Assembly: GCA_965233585.1 (NCBI GenBank)
Contig: CBDDTI010000449.1
Coordinates: 1 to 40,470, forward strand
Reading direction: 5' to 3'
Length of the DNA: 40,470 nucleotides
From: a bacterium
GTDB lineage: Bacteria; SAR324; NAC60-12
Part shown: piece by piece, positions 1-14,099 of the stretch
Layout: each line of letters begins with the position of its first letter
How positions within the stretch are numbered: position 1 is the stretch's first letter
Notes under the pieces: generated by a model
The model's database searches: none
Told to the model about the DNA's origin: nothing
Seen by the model: the letters and a program-made list of their open reading frames with translations, nothing else
Made by a program: the position numbers and the translations under genes

Positions 1-3000
1 TCTTCGAATAAGTTTTTTCGTTTGAAAATTACTTTCAAAATGTTGACCTTTTCACGTTTTGTATTTAAGAAATATCCGTCGTAATTTTGTTCATTTGAAT
101 GGGGTGCCAGGAATAATAGATAAAAGGCAGGTATTTCACAATTTTGGAAAAAGTTACCAAGGACTTTTTTGAAGCACTTTTTAGTTTTTGAAAGCTGAGC
201 GCGAAAACGATATATTTTCAGGCCATTGTAAATGTTCAAAAGGTGCCAAAAATGAAAACCTTATGAGAAAAAGTAAAAATCTAACCAAAAAAGGCATCAC
301 ACACATCGCTTAAAACGACACGGCATTCCAGTACCAAACAAAAAAAATGTCGTTTCATCTTACCATAAAACACGAAAAAAAATTTTGGGCCCAGAAAAAA
401 AAAACACAACTCATTTGCAACTGATGTGCAAACATTCCCATATACGCATTTTCTCTTCTTCGCGTATCTTACTATCTTCTTTGTTCTTCCAATCTTCAAA
501 CAAAAATTTTGTCATCTCAAACTTCCACTCGTTCACATCTTCTAACCACCAAACCTTGACAATTTTATTTATATTCAAATCGTTTTCACCTGACATACTT
601 ACATCTTCACCTTTTTCTGTCCTCTCACTCAAACATCTTTTTTTAATGATCAAGTCGTTACACCTCGAAAATTCTCTTCATTTCTTTTAACTGGAGCGGA
701 GCAGCATATTTTTGGCACGAACTAACGTTCGATAAAAACTTGTGTCAAAAAAAATATTTTGTGCATCTTGACTGCTTGGCGCCAAAAATTTGAACCCTTC
801 AAACTCATGCCAGACCCTGGCGTTTTGTTTTCCCTTGACCGTGTGAGTCTATATTGTTTGAAAAACACACTGTCCATGCTCATTCTTTGATCTCAGATGG
901 TTGACTGTGTGAACAATCCTCCATATGTAGGTTCTACAAGTAACGGGGTTTTCACGCGCGGACTTTTTTGCAAATAACCTTGCGTCTTCGCGAAGAAGGC
1001 AAACCGTTAATATGCACAAGTTTTGTGTGTGATCGCGTCTGTGTGTGAAAGGATCGATGTGTATAAATTTCTGTCCGTCACAAAAAAGCCTCTAAAAGTG
1101 AATAGTCTTTGTGCGTAAAAGGGTTGTTTGTTGGCAAAAGAATGTGTGTGCGAAAGCGTTCTTGGTAAAACCGTCTGTGTGAAAAGGTTTCGGTGTCAAA
1201 TTGTTTGTGTGCTGTTTGTGTGGCAGGAAATGTTTCGGATCTAACAGCATCTGTGTGAAAAAGGTAGCGAAAAAGCGCGTGTACAGAAAAAATGTTTGTG
1301 TGTCAACGCTTCTCTGGAAACAACTTTGCGTGTCAATGCTTCCGTGTGCGAACGAAAATCAGCAAAATATGTCCGTGTATGTGTGTAACATTGTTTGTGC
1401 AGAAAAAAGTGCTTGTGAATAAAAATTCCTGTTTTGAAATCAAAAATCAAAACCTTTGGTCTGGACAAGCCCATGTGTGTACGGCAGAAGATTATGGAGG
1501 TAAAAAATTTGTGTGTCAAAGCATTTGTGTGCAAAAGTGTTTGCTTGCAACAGCGCCGGTAAATTTTTTTGGTGTGCAAATGCTTCTGTGCATAAAGGTT
1601 TGTGTGCAAAAAGGGCTCAGTGTAAAACTGTTCCATTGACAAGGTGCTGTTCACACAAAAATGCCTCTATAACACGGCCTCTGCGTATAAAACTGGCATA
1701 GTGTGTCATATGCGGTAGGAAAAGAATTTATCCATTCTTGGGCCATCTTCGAATAAGTTTTTTCGTTTGAAAATTACTTTCAAAATGTTGACCTTTTCAC
1801 GTTTTGTATTTAAGAAATATCCGTCGTAATTTTGTTCATTTGAATGGGGTGCCAGGAATAATAGATAAAAGGCAGGTATTTCACAATTTTGGAAAAAGTT
1901 ACCAAGGACTTTTTTGAAGCACTTTTTAGTTTTTGAAAGCTGAGCGCGAAAACGATATATTTTCAGGCCATTGTAAATGTTCAAAAGGTGCCAAAAATGA
2001 AAACCTTATGAGAAAAAGTAAAAATCTAACCAAAAAAGGCATCACACACATCGCTTAAAACGACACGGCATTCCAGTACCAAACAAAAAAAATGTCGTTT
2101 CATCTTACCATAAAACACGAAAAAAAATTTTGGGCCCAGAAAAAAAAAACACAACTCATTTGCAACTGATGTGCAAACATTCCCATATACGCATTTTCTC
2201 TTCTTCGCGTATCTTACTATCTTCTTTGTTCTTCCAATCTTCAAACAAAAATTTTGTCATCTCAAACTTCCACTCGTTCACATCTTCTAACCACCAAACC
2301 TTGACAATTTTATTTATATTCAAATCGTTTTCACCTGACATACTTACATCTTCACCTTTTTCTGTCCTCTCACTCAAACATCTTTTTTTAATGATCAAGT
2401 CGTTACACCTCGAAAATTCTCTTCATTTCTTTTAACTGGAGCGGAGCAGCATATTTTTGGCACGAACTAACGTTCGATAAAAACTTGTGTCAAAAAAAAT
2501 ATTTTGTGCATCTTGACTGCTTGGCGCCAAAAATTTGAACCCTTCAAACTCATGCCAGACCCTGGCGTTTTGTTTTCCCTTGACCGTGTGAGTCTATATT
2601 GTTTGAAAAACACACTGTCCATGCTCATTCTTTGATCTCAGATGGTTGACTGTGTGAACAATCCTCCATATGTAGGTTCTACAAGTAACGGGGTTTTCAC
2701 GCGCGGACTTTTTTGCAAATAACCTTGCGTCTTCGCGAAGAAGGCCTGGGTGGCGATTCCAATTTCATACAAGCTTTCACATAAAACGCTTTATTTCAAA
2801 GCATGAAAAATTTAGCATTTTATAAGATATTTTTGTTACACAAATGCTTTAACACAAAGAAGATTTCACTGTCAAACAAAAGCTGTTTGGAACCATACGT
2901 TTTCATAGGCAGATACTTTTACACAAACGATTTCACACACAAAAGCTTTTGCACACAGAAGCTTCAGAAGCTTTCAAAGACAGAAAATGCTCTTGAAGTT

Positions 3001-6000
3001 AGCGCCACTCTATACCAGGCCTTCCAGACCTTCTCCGGAACCTTTTCTGGAACTTTATTAAGCCTGACCTGTTTGACGGTGCACCAAAGCTTTCGGAACC
3101 TTCGTCGAATTTTTCCCAAATCCATCCAAACCGTTAATATGCACAAGTTTTGTGTGTGATCGCGTCTGTGTGTGAAAGGATCGATGTGTATAAATTTCTG
3201 TCCGTCACAAAAAAGCCTCTAAAAGTGAATAGTCTTTGTGCGTAAAAGGGTTGTTTGTTGGCAAAAGAATGTGTGTGCGAAAGCGTTCTTGGTAAAACCG
3301 TCTGTGTGAAAAGGTTTCGGTGTCAAATTGTTTGTGTGCTGTTTGTGTGGCAGGAAATGTTTCGGATCTAACAGCGTCTGTGTGAAAAAGGTAGCGAAAA
3401 AGCGCGTGTACAGAAAAAACGTTTGTGTGTCAACGCTTCTCTGGAAACAACTTTGCGTGTCAATGCTTCCGTGTGCGAACGAAAATCAGCAAAGTATGTC
3501 CGTGTATGTGTGTAACATTGTTTGTGCAGAAAAAAGTGCTTGTGAATAAAAATTCCTGTTTTGAAATCAAAAATCAAAACCTTTGGTCTGGACAAGCCCA
3601 TGTGTGTACGGCAGAAGATTATGGAGGTAAAAAATTTGTGTGTCAAAGCATTTGTGTGCAAAAGTGTTTGCTTGCAACAGCGCCGGTAAATTTTTTTGGT
3701 GTGCAAATGCTTCTGTGCATAAAGGTTTGTGTGCAAAAAGGGCTCAGTGTAAAACTGTTCCATTGACAAGGTGCTGTTCACACAAAAATGCCTCTATAAC
3801 ACGGCCTCTGCGTATAAAACTGGCATAGTGTGTCATATGCGGTAGGAAAAGAATTTATCCATTCTTGGGCCATCTTCGAATAAGTTTTTTCGTTTGAAAA
3901 TTACTTTCAAAATGTTGACCTTTTCACGTTTTGTATTTAAGAAATATCCGTCGTAATTTTGTTCATTTGAATGGGGTGCCAGGAATAATAGATAAAAGGC
4001 AGGTATTTCACAATTTTGGAAAAAGTTACCAAGGACTTTTTTGAAGCACTTTTTAGTTTTTGAAAGCTGAGCGCGAAAACGATATATTTTCAGGCCATTG
4101 TAAATGTTCAAAAGGTGCCAAAAATGAAAACCTTATGAGAAAAAGTAAAAATCTAACCAAAAAAGGCATCACACACATCGCTTAAAACGACACGGCATTC
4201 CAGTACCAAACAAAAAAAATGTCGTTTCATCTTACCATAAAACACGAAAAAAAATTTTGGGCCCAGAAAAAAAAAACACAACTCATTTGCAACTGATGTG
4301 CAAACATTCCCATATACGCATTTTCTCTTCTTCGCGTATCTTACTATCTTCTTTGTTCTTCCAATCTTCAAACAAAAATTTTGTCATCTCAAACTTCCAC
4401 TCGTTCACATCTTCTAACCACCAAACCTTGACAATTTTATTTATATTCAAATCGTTTTCACCTGACATACTTACATCTTCACCTTTTTCTGTCCTCTCAC
4501 TCAAACATCTTTTTTTAATGATCAAGTCGTTACACCTCGAAAATTCTCTTCATTTCTTTTAACTGGAGCGGAGCAGCATATTTTTGGCACGAACTAACGT
4601 TCGATAAAAACTTGTGTCAAAAAAAATATTTTGTGCATCTTGACTGCTTGGCGCCAAAAATTTGAACCCTTCAAACTCATGCCAGACCCTGGCGTTTTGT
4701 TTTCCCTTGACCGTGTGAGTCTATATTGTTTGAAAAACACACTGTCCATGCTCATTCTTTGATCTCAGATGGTTGACTGTGTGAACAATCCTCCATATGT
4801 AGGTTCTACAAGTAACGGGGTTTTCACGCGCGGACTTTTTTGCAAATAACCTTGCGTCTTCGCGAAGAAGGCCTGGGTGGCGATTCCAATTTCATACAAG
4901 CTTTCACATAAAACGCTTTATTTCAAAGCATGAAAAATTTAGCATTTTATAAGATATTTTTGTTACACAAATGCTTTAACACAAAGAAGATTTCACTGTC
5001 AAACAAAAGCTGTTTGGAACCATACGTTTTCATAGGCAGATACTTTTACACAAACGATTTCACACACAAAAGCTTTTGCACACAGAAGCTTCAGAAGCTT
5101 TCAAAGACAGAAAATGCTCTTGAAGTTAGCGCCACTCTATACCAGGCCTTCCAGACCTTCTCCGGAACCTTTTCTGGAACTTTATTAAGCCTGACCTGTT
5201 TGACGGTGCACCAAAGCTTTCGGAACCTTCGTCGAATTTTTTCCCAAATCCATCCAAACCGTTAATATGCACAAGTTTTGTGTGTGATCGCGTCTGTGTG
5301 TGAAAGGATCGATGTGTATAAATTTCTGTCCGTCACAAAAAAGCCTCTAAAAGTGAATAGTCTTTGTGCGTAAAAGGGTTGTTTGTTGGCAAAAGAATGT
5401 GTGTGCGAAAGCGTTCTTGGTAAAACCGTCTGTGTGAAAAGGTTTCGGTGTCAAATTGTTTGTGTGCTGTTTGTGTGGCAGGAAATGTTTCGGATCTAAC
5501 AGCGTCTGTGTGAAAAAGGTAGCGAAAAAGCGCGTGTACAGAAAAAACGTTTGTGTGTCAACGCTTCTCTGGAAACAACTTTGCGTGTCAATGCTTCCGT
5601 GTGCGAACGAAAATCAGCAAAGTATGTCCGTGTATGTGTGTAACATTGTTTGTGCAGAAAAAAGTGCTTGTGAATAAAAATTCCTGTTTTGAAATCAAAA
5701 ATCAAAACCTTTGGTCTGGACAAGCCCATGTGTGTACGGCAGAAGATTATGGAGGTAAAAAATTTGTGTGTCAAAGCATTTGTGTGCAAAAGTGTTTGCT
5801 TGCAACAGCGCCGGTAAATTTTTTTGGTGTGCAAATGCTTCTGTGCATAAAGGTTTGTGTGCAAAAAGGGCTCAGTGTAAAACTGTTCCATTGACAAGGT
5901 GCTGTTCACACAAAAATGCCTCTATAACACGGCCTCTGCGTATAAAACTGGCATAGTGTGTCATATGCGGTAGGAAAAGAATTTATCCATTCTTGGGCCA

Positions 6001-9000
6001 TCTTCGAATAAGTTTTTTCGTTTGAAAATTACTTTCAAAATGTTGACCTTTTCACGTTTTGTATTTAAGAAATATCCGTCGTAATTTTGTTCATTTGAAT
6101 GGGGTGCCAGGAATAATAGATAAAAGGCAGGTATTTCACAATTTTGGAAAAAGTTACCAAGGACTTTTTTGAAGCACTTTTTAGTTTTTGAAAGCTGAGC
6201 GCGAAAACGATATATTTTCAGGCCATTGTAAATGTTCAAAAGGTGCCAAAAATGAAAACCTTATGAGAAAAAGTAAAAATCTAACCAAAAAAGGCATCAC
6301 ACACATCGCTTAAAACGACACGGCATTCCAGTACCAAACAAAAAAAATGTCGTTTCATCTTACCATAAAACACGAAAAAAAATTTTGGGCCCAGAAAAAA
6401 AAAACACAACTCATTTGCAACTGATGTGCAAACATTCCCATATACGCATTTTCTCTTCTTCGCGTATCTTACTATCTTCTTTGTTCTTCCAATCTTCAAA
6501 CAAAAATTTTGTCATCTCAAACTTTCACTCGTTCACATCTTCTAACCACCAAACCTTGACAATTTTATTTATATTCAAATCGTTTTCACCTGACATACTT
6601 ACATCTTCACCTTTTTCTGTCCTCTCACTCAAACATCTTTTTTTAATGATCAAGTCGTTACACCTCGAAAATTCTCTTCATTTCTTTTAACTGGAGCGGA
6701 GCAGCATATTTTTGGCACGAACTAACGTTCGATAAAAACTTGTGTCAAAAAAAATATTTTGTGCATCTTGACTGCTTGGCGCCAAAAATTTGAACCCTTC
6801 AAACTCATGCCAGACCCTGGCGTTTTGTTTTCCCTTGACCGTGTGAGTCTATATTGTTTGAAAAACACACTGTCCATGCTCATTCTTTGATCTCAGATGG
6901 TTGACTGTGTGAACAATCCTCCATATGTAGGTTCTACAAGTAACGGGGTTTTCACGCGCGGACTTTTTTGCAAATAACCTTGCGTCTTCGCGAAGAAGGC
7001 CTGGGTGGCGATTCCAATTTCATACAAGCTTTCACATAAAACGCTTTATTTCAAAGCATGAAAAATTTAGCATTTTATAAGATATTTTTGTTACACAAAG
7101 GCTTTAACACAAAGAAGATTTCACTGTCAAACAAAAGCTGTTTGGAACCATACGTTTTCATAGGCAGATACTTTTACACAAACGATTTCACACACAAAAG
7201 CTTTTGCACACAGAAGCTTCAGAAGCTTTCAAAGACAGAAAATGCTCTTGAAGTTAGCGCCACTCTATACCAGGCCTTCCAGACCTTCTCCGGAACCTTT
7301 TCTGGAACTTTATTAAGCCTGACCTGTTTGACGGTGCACCAAAGCTTTCGGAACCTTCGTCGAATTTTTTCCCAAATCCATCCAAACCGTTAATATGCAC
7401 AAGTTTTGTGTGTGATCGCGTCTGTGTGTGAAAGGATCGATGTGTATAAATTTCTGTCCGTCACAAAAAAGCCTCTAAAAGTGAATAGTCTTTGTGCGTA
7501 AAAGGGTTGTTTGTTGGCAAAAGAATGTGTGTGCGAAAGCGTTCTTGGTAAAACCGTCTGTGTGAAAAGGTTTCGGTGTCAAATTGTTTGTGTGCTGTTT
7601 GTGTGGCAGGAAATGTTTCGGATCTAACAGCGTCCGTGTGAAAAAGGTAGCGAAAAAGCGCGTGTACAGAAAAAACGTTTGTGTTTCAACGCTTCTCTGG
7701 AAACAACTTTGCGTGTCAATGCTTCCGTGTGCGAACGAAAATCAGCAAAGTATGTCCGTGTATGTGTGTAACATTGTTTGTGCAGAAAAAAGTGCTTGTG
7801 AATAAAAATTCCTGTTTTGAAATCAAAAATCAAAACCTTTGGTCTGGACAAGCCCATGTGTGTACGGCAGAAGATTATGGAGGTAAAAAATTTGTGTGTC
7901 AAAGCATTTGTGTGCAAAAGTGTTTGCTTGCAACAGCGCCGGTAATTTTTTTTGTGTGCAAATGCTTCTGTGCATAAAGGTTTGTGTGCAAAAAGGGCTC
8001 AGTGTAAAACTGTTCCATTGACAAGGTGCTGTTCACACAAAAATGCCTCTATAACACGGCCTCTGCGTATAAAACTGGCATAGTGTGTCATATGCGGTAG
8101 GAAAAGAATTTATCCATTCTTGGGCCATCTTCGAATAAGTTTTTTCGTTTGAAAATTACTTTCAAAATGTTGACCTTTTCACGTTTTGTATTTAAGAAAT
8201 ATCCGTCGTAATTTTGTTCATTTGAATGGGGTGCCAGGAATAATAGATAAAAGGCAGGTATTTCACAATTTTGGAAAAAGTTACCAAGGACTTTTTTGAA
8301 GCACTTTTTAGTTTTTGAAAGCTGAGCGCGAAAACGATATATTTTCAGGCCATTGTAAATGTTCAAAAGGTGCCAAAAATGAAAACCTTATGAGAAAAAG
8401 TAAAAATCTAACCAAAAAGGCATCACACACATCGCTTAAAACGACACGGCATTCCAGTACCAAACAAAAAAATGTCGTTTCATCTTACCATAAAACACGA
8501 AAAAAAATTTTGGGCCCAGAAAAAAAAACACAACTCATTTGCAACTGATGTGCAAACATTCCCATATACGCATTTTCTCTTCTTCGCGTATCTTACTATC
8601 TTCTTTGTTCTTCCAATCTTCAAACAAAAATTTTGTCATCTCAAACTTCCACTCGTTCACATCTTCTAACCACCAAACCCTGACAATTCTATTTATATTC
8701 AAATTGTTTTCACCTGACATTTTGTCCTCTCACTCAAACATCTTTTTCTTATGATCAAGTCGTTACACCTCAAAAATTCTCTTCATTTCTTTTAACTGGA
8801 GCGGAGCAGCATATTTTTGGCACGAACTAACGTTCGATAAAAACTTGTGTCAAAAAAAAATATTTTGTGCATCTTGACTGCTTGGCGCCAAAAATTTGAA
8901 CCCTTCAAACTGATGCCAGACCCTGGCATTTTGTCTTCCCTTGACCGTGTGAGTCTATATTGTTTGAAAAACACACTGTCCATGCTCATTCTTTGATCTC

Positions 9001-12000
9001 AGATGGTTGACTGTTTGAACATTCCTCCATATGTAGGTTCTACAAGTAACGGGGTTTTCACGCGCGGACTTTTTTGCAAATAACCTTGCGTCTTCGCGAA
9101 GAAGGCCTGGGTGGCGATTCCAATTTCATACAAGCTTTCACATAAAACGCTTTATTTCAAAACATGAAAAATTCAGCATTTTATAAGATATTTTTGTTAC
9201 ACAAATGCTTTAACACAAAGAAGATTTCACTGTCAAACAAAAGCTGTTTGGAACCATACGTTTTCATAGGCAGATACTTTTACACAAACGATTTCACACA
9301 CAAAAGCTTTTGCACACAGAAGCTTCAGAAGCTTTCAAAGACAGAAAATGATCTTGAAGTTAGCGCCACTCTATACCAGGCCTTCCAGACCTTCTCCGGA
9401 ACCTTTTCTGGAACTTTATTAAGCCTGACCTGTTTGACGGTGCACCAAAGCTTTCGGAACCTTCGTCGAATTTTTTCCCAAATCCATCCAAACCGTTAAT
9501 ATGCACAAGTTTTGTGTGTGATCGCGTCTGTGTGTGAAAGGATCGATGTGTATAAATTTCTGTCCGTCACAAAAAAGCCTCTAAAAGTGAATAGTCTTTG
9601 TGCGTAAAAGGGTTGTTTGTTGGCAAAAGAATGTGTGTGCGAAAGCGTTCTTGGTAAAACCGTCTGTGTGAAAAGGTTTCGGTGTCAAATTGTTTGTGTG
9701 CTGTTTGTGTGGCAGGAAATGTTTCGGATCTAACAGCGTCTGTGTGAAAAAGGTAGCGAAAAAGCGCGTGTACAGAAAAAACGTTTGTGTTTCAACGCTT
9801 CTCTGGAAACAACTTTGCGTGTCAATGCTTCCGTGTGCGAACGAAAATCAGCAAAGTATGTCCGTGTATGTGTGTAACATTGTTTGTGCAGAAAAAAGTG
9901 CTTGTGAATAAAAATTCCTGTTTTGAAATCAAAAATCAAAACCTTTGGTCTGGACAAGCCCATGTGTGTACGGCAGAAGATTATGGAGGTAAAAAATTTG
10001 TGTGTCAAAGCATTTGTGTGCAAAAGTGTTTGCTTGCAACAGCGCCGGTAATTTTTTTTTGTGTGCAAATGCTTCTGTGCATAAAGGTTTGTGTGCAAAA
10101 AGGGCTCAGTGTAAAACTGTTCCATTGACAAGGTGCTGTTCACACAAAAATGCCTCTATAACACGGCCTCTGCGTATAAAACTGGCATAGTGTGTCATAT
10201 GCGGTAGGAAAAGAATTTATCCATTCTTGGGCCATCTTCGAATAAGTTTTTTCGTTTGAAAATTACTTTCAAAATGTTGACCTTTTCACGTTTTGTATTT
10301 AAGAAATATCCGTCGTAATTTTGTTCATTTGAATGGGGTGCCAGGAATAATAGATAAAAGGCAGGTATTTCACAATTTTGGAAAAAGTTACCAAGGACTT
10401 TTTTGAAGCACTTTTTAGTTTTTGAAAGCTGAGCGCGAAAACGATATATTTTCAGGCCATTGTAAATGTTCAAAAGGTGCCAAAAATGAAAACCTTATGA
10501 GAAAAAGTAAAAATCTAACCAAAAAGGCATCACACACATCGCTTAAAACGACACGGCATTCCAGTACCAAACAAAAAAATGTCGTTTCATCTTACCATAA
10601 AACACGAAAAAAAATTTTGGGCCCAGAAAAAAAAACACAACTCATTTGCAACTGATGTGCAAACATTCCCATATACGCATTTTCTCTTCTTCGCGTATCT
10701 TACTATCTTCTTTGTTCTTCCAATCTTCAAACAAAAATTTTGTCATCTCAAACTTCCACTCGTTCACATCTTCTAACCACCAAACCCTGACAATTCTATT
10801 TATATTCAAATTGTTTTCACCTGACATTTTGTCCTCTCACTCAAACATCTTTTTCTTATGATCAAGTCGTTACACCTCAAAAATTCTCTTCATTTCTTTT
10901 AACTGGAGCGGAGCAGCATATTTTTGGCACGAACTAACGTTCGATAAAAACTTGTGTCAAAAAAAAATATTTTGTGCATCTTGACTGCTTGGCGCCAAAA
11001 ATTTGAACCCTTCAAACTGATGCCAGACCCTGGCATTTTGTCTTCCCTTGACCGTGTGAGTCTATATTGTTTGAAAAACACACTGTCCATGCTCATTCTT
11101 TGATCTCAGATGGTTGACTGTTTGAACATTCCTCCATATGTAGGTTCTACAAGTAACGGGGTTTTCACGCGCGGACTTTTTTGCAAATAACCTTGCGTCT
11201 TCGCGAAGAAGGCCTGGGTGGCGATTCCAATTTCATACAAGCTTTCACATAAAACGCTTTATTTCAAAACATGAAAAATTCAGCATTTTATAAGATATTT
11301 TTGTTACACAAATGCTTTAACACAAAGAAGATTTCACTGTCAAACAAAAGCTGTTTGGAACCATACGTTTTCATAGGCAGATACTTTTACACAAACGATT
11401 TCACACACAAAAGCTTTTGCACACAGAAGCTTCAGAAGCTTTCAAAGACAGAAAATGATCTTGAAGTTAGCGCCACTCTATACCAGGCCTTCCAGACCTT
11501 CTCCGGAACCTTTTCTGGAACTTTATTAAGCCTGACCTGTTTGACGGTGCACCAAAGCTTTCGGAACCTTCGTCGAATTTTTTCCCAAATCCATCCAAAC
11601 CGTTAATATGCACAAGTTTTGTGTGTGATCGCGTCTGTGTGTGAAAGGATCGATGTGTATAAATTTCTGTCCGTCACAAAAAAGCCTCTAAAAGTGAATA
11701 GTCTTTGTGCGTAAAAGGGTTGTTTGTTGGCAAAAGAATGTGTGTGCGAAAGCGTTCTTGGTAAAACCGTCTGTGTGAAAAGGTTTCGGTGTCAAATTGT
11801 TTGTGTGCTGTTTGTGTGGCAGGAAATGTTTCGGATCTAACAGCGTCCGTGTGAAAAAGGTAGCGAAAAAGCGCGTGTACAGAAAAAACGTTTGTGTGTC
11901 AACGCTTCTCTGGAAACAACTTTGCGTGTCAATGCTTCCGTGTGCGAACGAAAATCAGCAAAGTATGTCCGTGTATGTGTGTAACATTGTTTGTGCAGAA

Positions 12001-13731
12001 AAAAGTGCTTGTGAATAAAAATTCCTGTTTTGAAATCAAAAATCAAAACCTTTGGTCTGGACACACACGCCCATGTGTGTACGGCAGAAGATTATGGAGG
12101 TAAAAAATTTGTGTGTCAAAGCATTTGTGTGCAAAAGTGTTTGCTTGCAACAGCGCCGGTAAATTTTTTTGGTGTGCAAATGCTTCTGTGCATAAAGGTT
12201 TGTGTGCAAAAAGGGCTCAGTGTAAAACTGTTCCATTGACAAGGTGCTGTTCACACAAAAATGCCTCTATAACACGGCCTCTGCGTATAAAACTGGCATA
12301 GTGTGTCATATGCGGTAGGAAAAGAATTTATCCATTCTTGGGCCATCTTCGAATAAGTTTTTTTCCTTTGAAAATTACATTCAAAATGTTGACCTTTTCA
12401 CGTTTTGTATTTAAGAAATATCCGTCGTAATTTTGTTCATTTGAATGGGGTGCCAGGAATAATAGATAAAAGGCAGGTATTTCACAATTTTGGAAAAAGT
12501 TACCAAGGACTTTTTTGAAGCACTTTTTAGTTTTTGAAAGCTGAGCGCGAAAACGATATATTTTCAGGCCATTGTAAATGTTCAAAAGGTGCCAAAAATG
12601 AAAACCTTATGAGAAAAAGTAAAAATCTAACCAAAAAAGGCATCACACACATCGCTTAAAACGACACGGCATTCCAGTACCAAACAAAAAAAATGTCGTT
12701 TCATCTTACCATAAAACACGAAAAAAATTTTTGGGCCCAGAAAAAAAAACACAACTCATTTGCAACTGATGTGCAAACATTCCCATATACGCATTTTCTC
12801 TTCTTCGCGTATCTTACTATCTTCTTTGTTCTTCCAATCTTCAAACAAAAATTTTGTCATCTCAAACTTCCACTCGTTCACATCTTCTAACCACCAAACC
12901 CTGACAATTCTATTTATATTCAAATCGTTTTCACCTGACATACTTACATCTTCACCTTTTTTGCCCTCTCACTCAAACATCTTTTTTTAATGATCAAGTC
13001 GTTACACCTCAAAAATTCTCTTCATTTCTTTTAACTGGAGCGGAGCAGCATATTTTTGGCACGAACTAAAATTCGATAAAAACTTGTGTCAAAAAAAATA
13101 TTTTGTGCATCTTGACTGCTTGGCGCCAAAAATTTGAACCCTTCAAACTGATGCCAGACCCTGGCGTTTTGTTTTCCCTTGACCGTGTGAGTCTATATTG
13201 TTTGAAAAACACACTGTCCATGCTCATTCTTTGATCTCAGATGGTTGACTGTGTGAACATTCCTTCATATGTAGGTTCTACAAGTAACGGGGTTTTCACG
13301 CGCGGACTTTTTTGCAAATAACCTTGCGTCTTCGCGAAGAAGGCCTGGGTGGCGATTCCAATTTCATACAAGCTTTCACATAAAACGCTTTATTTCAAAA
13401 CATGAAAAATTCAGCATTTTATAAGATATTTTTGTTACACAAATGCTTTAACACAAAGAAGATTTCACTGTCAAACAAAAGCTGTTTGGAACCATACGTT
13501 TTCATACGCAGATACTTTTACACAAACGATTTCACACACAAAAGCTTTTGCACACAGAAGCTTCAGAAGCTTTCAAAGACAGAAAATGCTCTTGAAGTTA
13601 GCGCCACTCTATACCAGGCCTTCCAGACCTTCTCCGGAACCTTTTCTGGAACTTTATTAAGCCTGACCTGTTTGACGGTGCACCAAAGCTTTCGGAACCT
13701 TCGTCGAATTTTTTCCCAAATCCATCCAAAC
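1..13731. repeat. Tandem macrosatellite array of ~2.1-kb units (extends beyond the left window edge)
   Basis: Units begin at CGTTAATATGCAC at 1005, 3132, 5260, 7388, 9494 and 11601. The array exits to unique sequence after 13731 (TCCATCCAAAC|TTTGCG). Unit lengths are 2127, 2128, 2128, 2106, 2107 and 2131 bp; 1-1004 is a partial, shorter unit. Identical short ORFs recur with this period. Confidence 0.98.
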
Positions 13732-14099
13732 TTTGCGCCAAGCTAAAGACGGTGAAATAGATACATGGAATGGTTTCATTTTTCGGCTCTGATGAAGCAT
13801 TCGCATCATTTGCTGCACTGGAATCTGTCACTGTATTTTGGGTCTTCTTGGGCAAATTTTAGAACATTTCACGTTTGAGAAAGGAAAATTATGTTTTTGG
13901 TTGAAACCGTACAATTACTGTCCACTCGAGATTTTTGGGTGTTAGTGCCAAATACGGTTGAGGCGGTTTCTGTTCCTCGAGTTTGGAAAATACAGTTTCA
14001 AAAATTTATTTCTGGGCATGTCAATTGCAGGTTGCAGTTTTGTCGAAAAAAATTGTTTTATTGGTCGTGTGCAGCGAATAGACTTGCTTGCTCAAAGAA

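Noticed and set aside
1..13731. Array as an SL-RNA, 5S, rDNA or tRNA cluster
   Set aside because: No dinoflagellate spliced leader (CCGTAGCCATTTTGGCTCAAG) or recognisable 5S/rRNA/tRNA sequence seen on either strand. A covariance-model search would be needed to exclude other ncRNAs.
281..13855. Recurrent 60-137-aa ORFs in the array as a tandem gene array
   Set aside because: They overlap on both strands, are low-complexity translations of minisatellites (Cys/Val/Lys or His/Thr/Phe rich), are broken by indels between units, and show no domain motifs.
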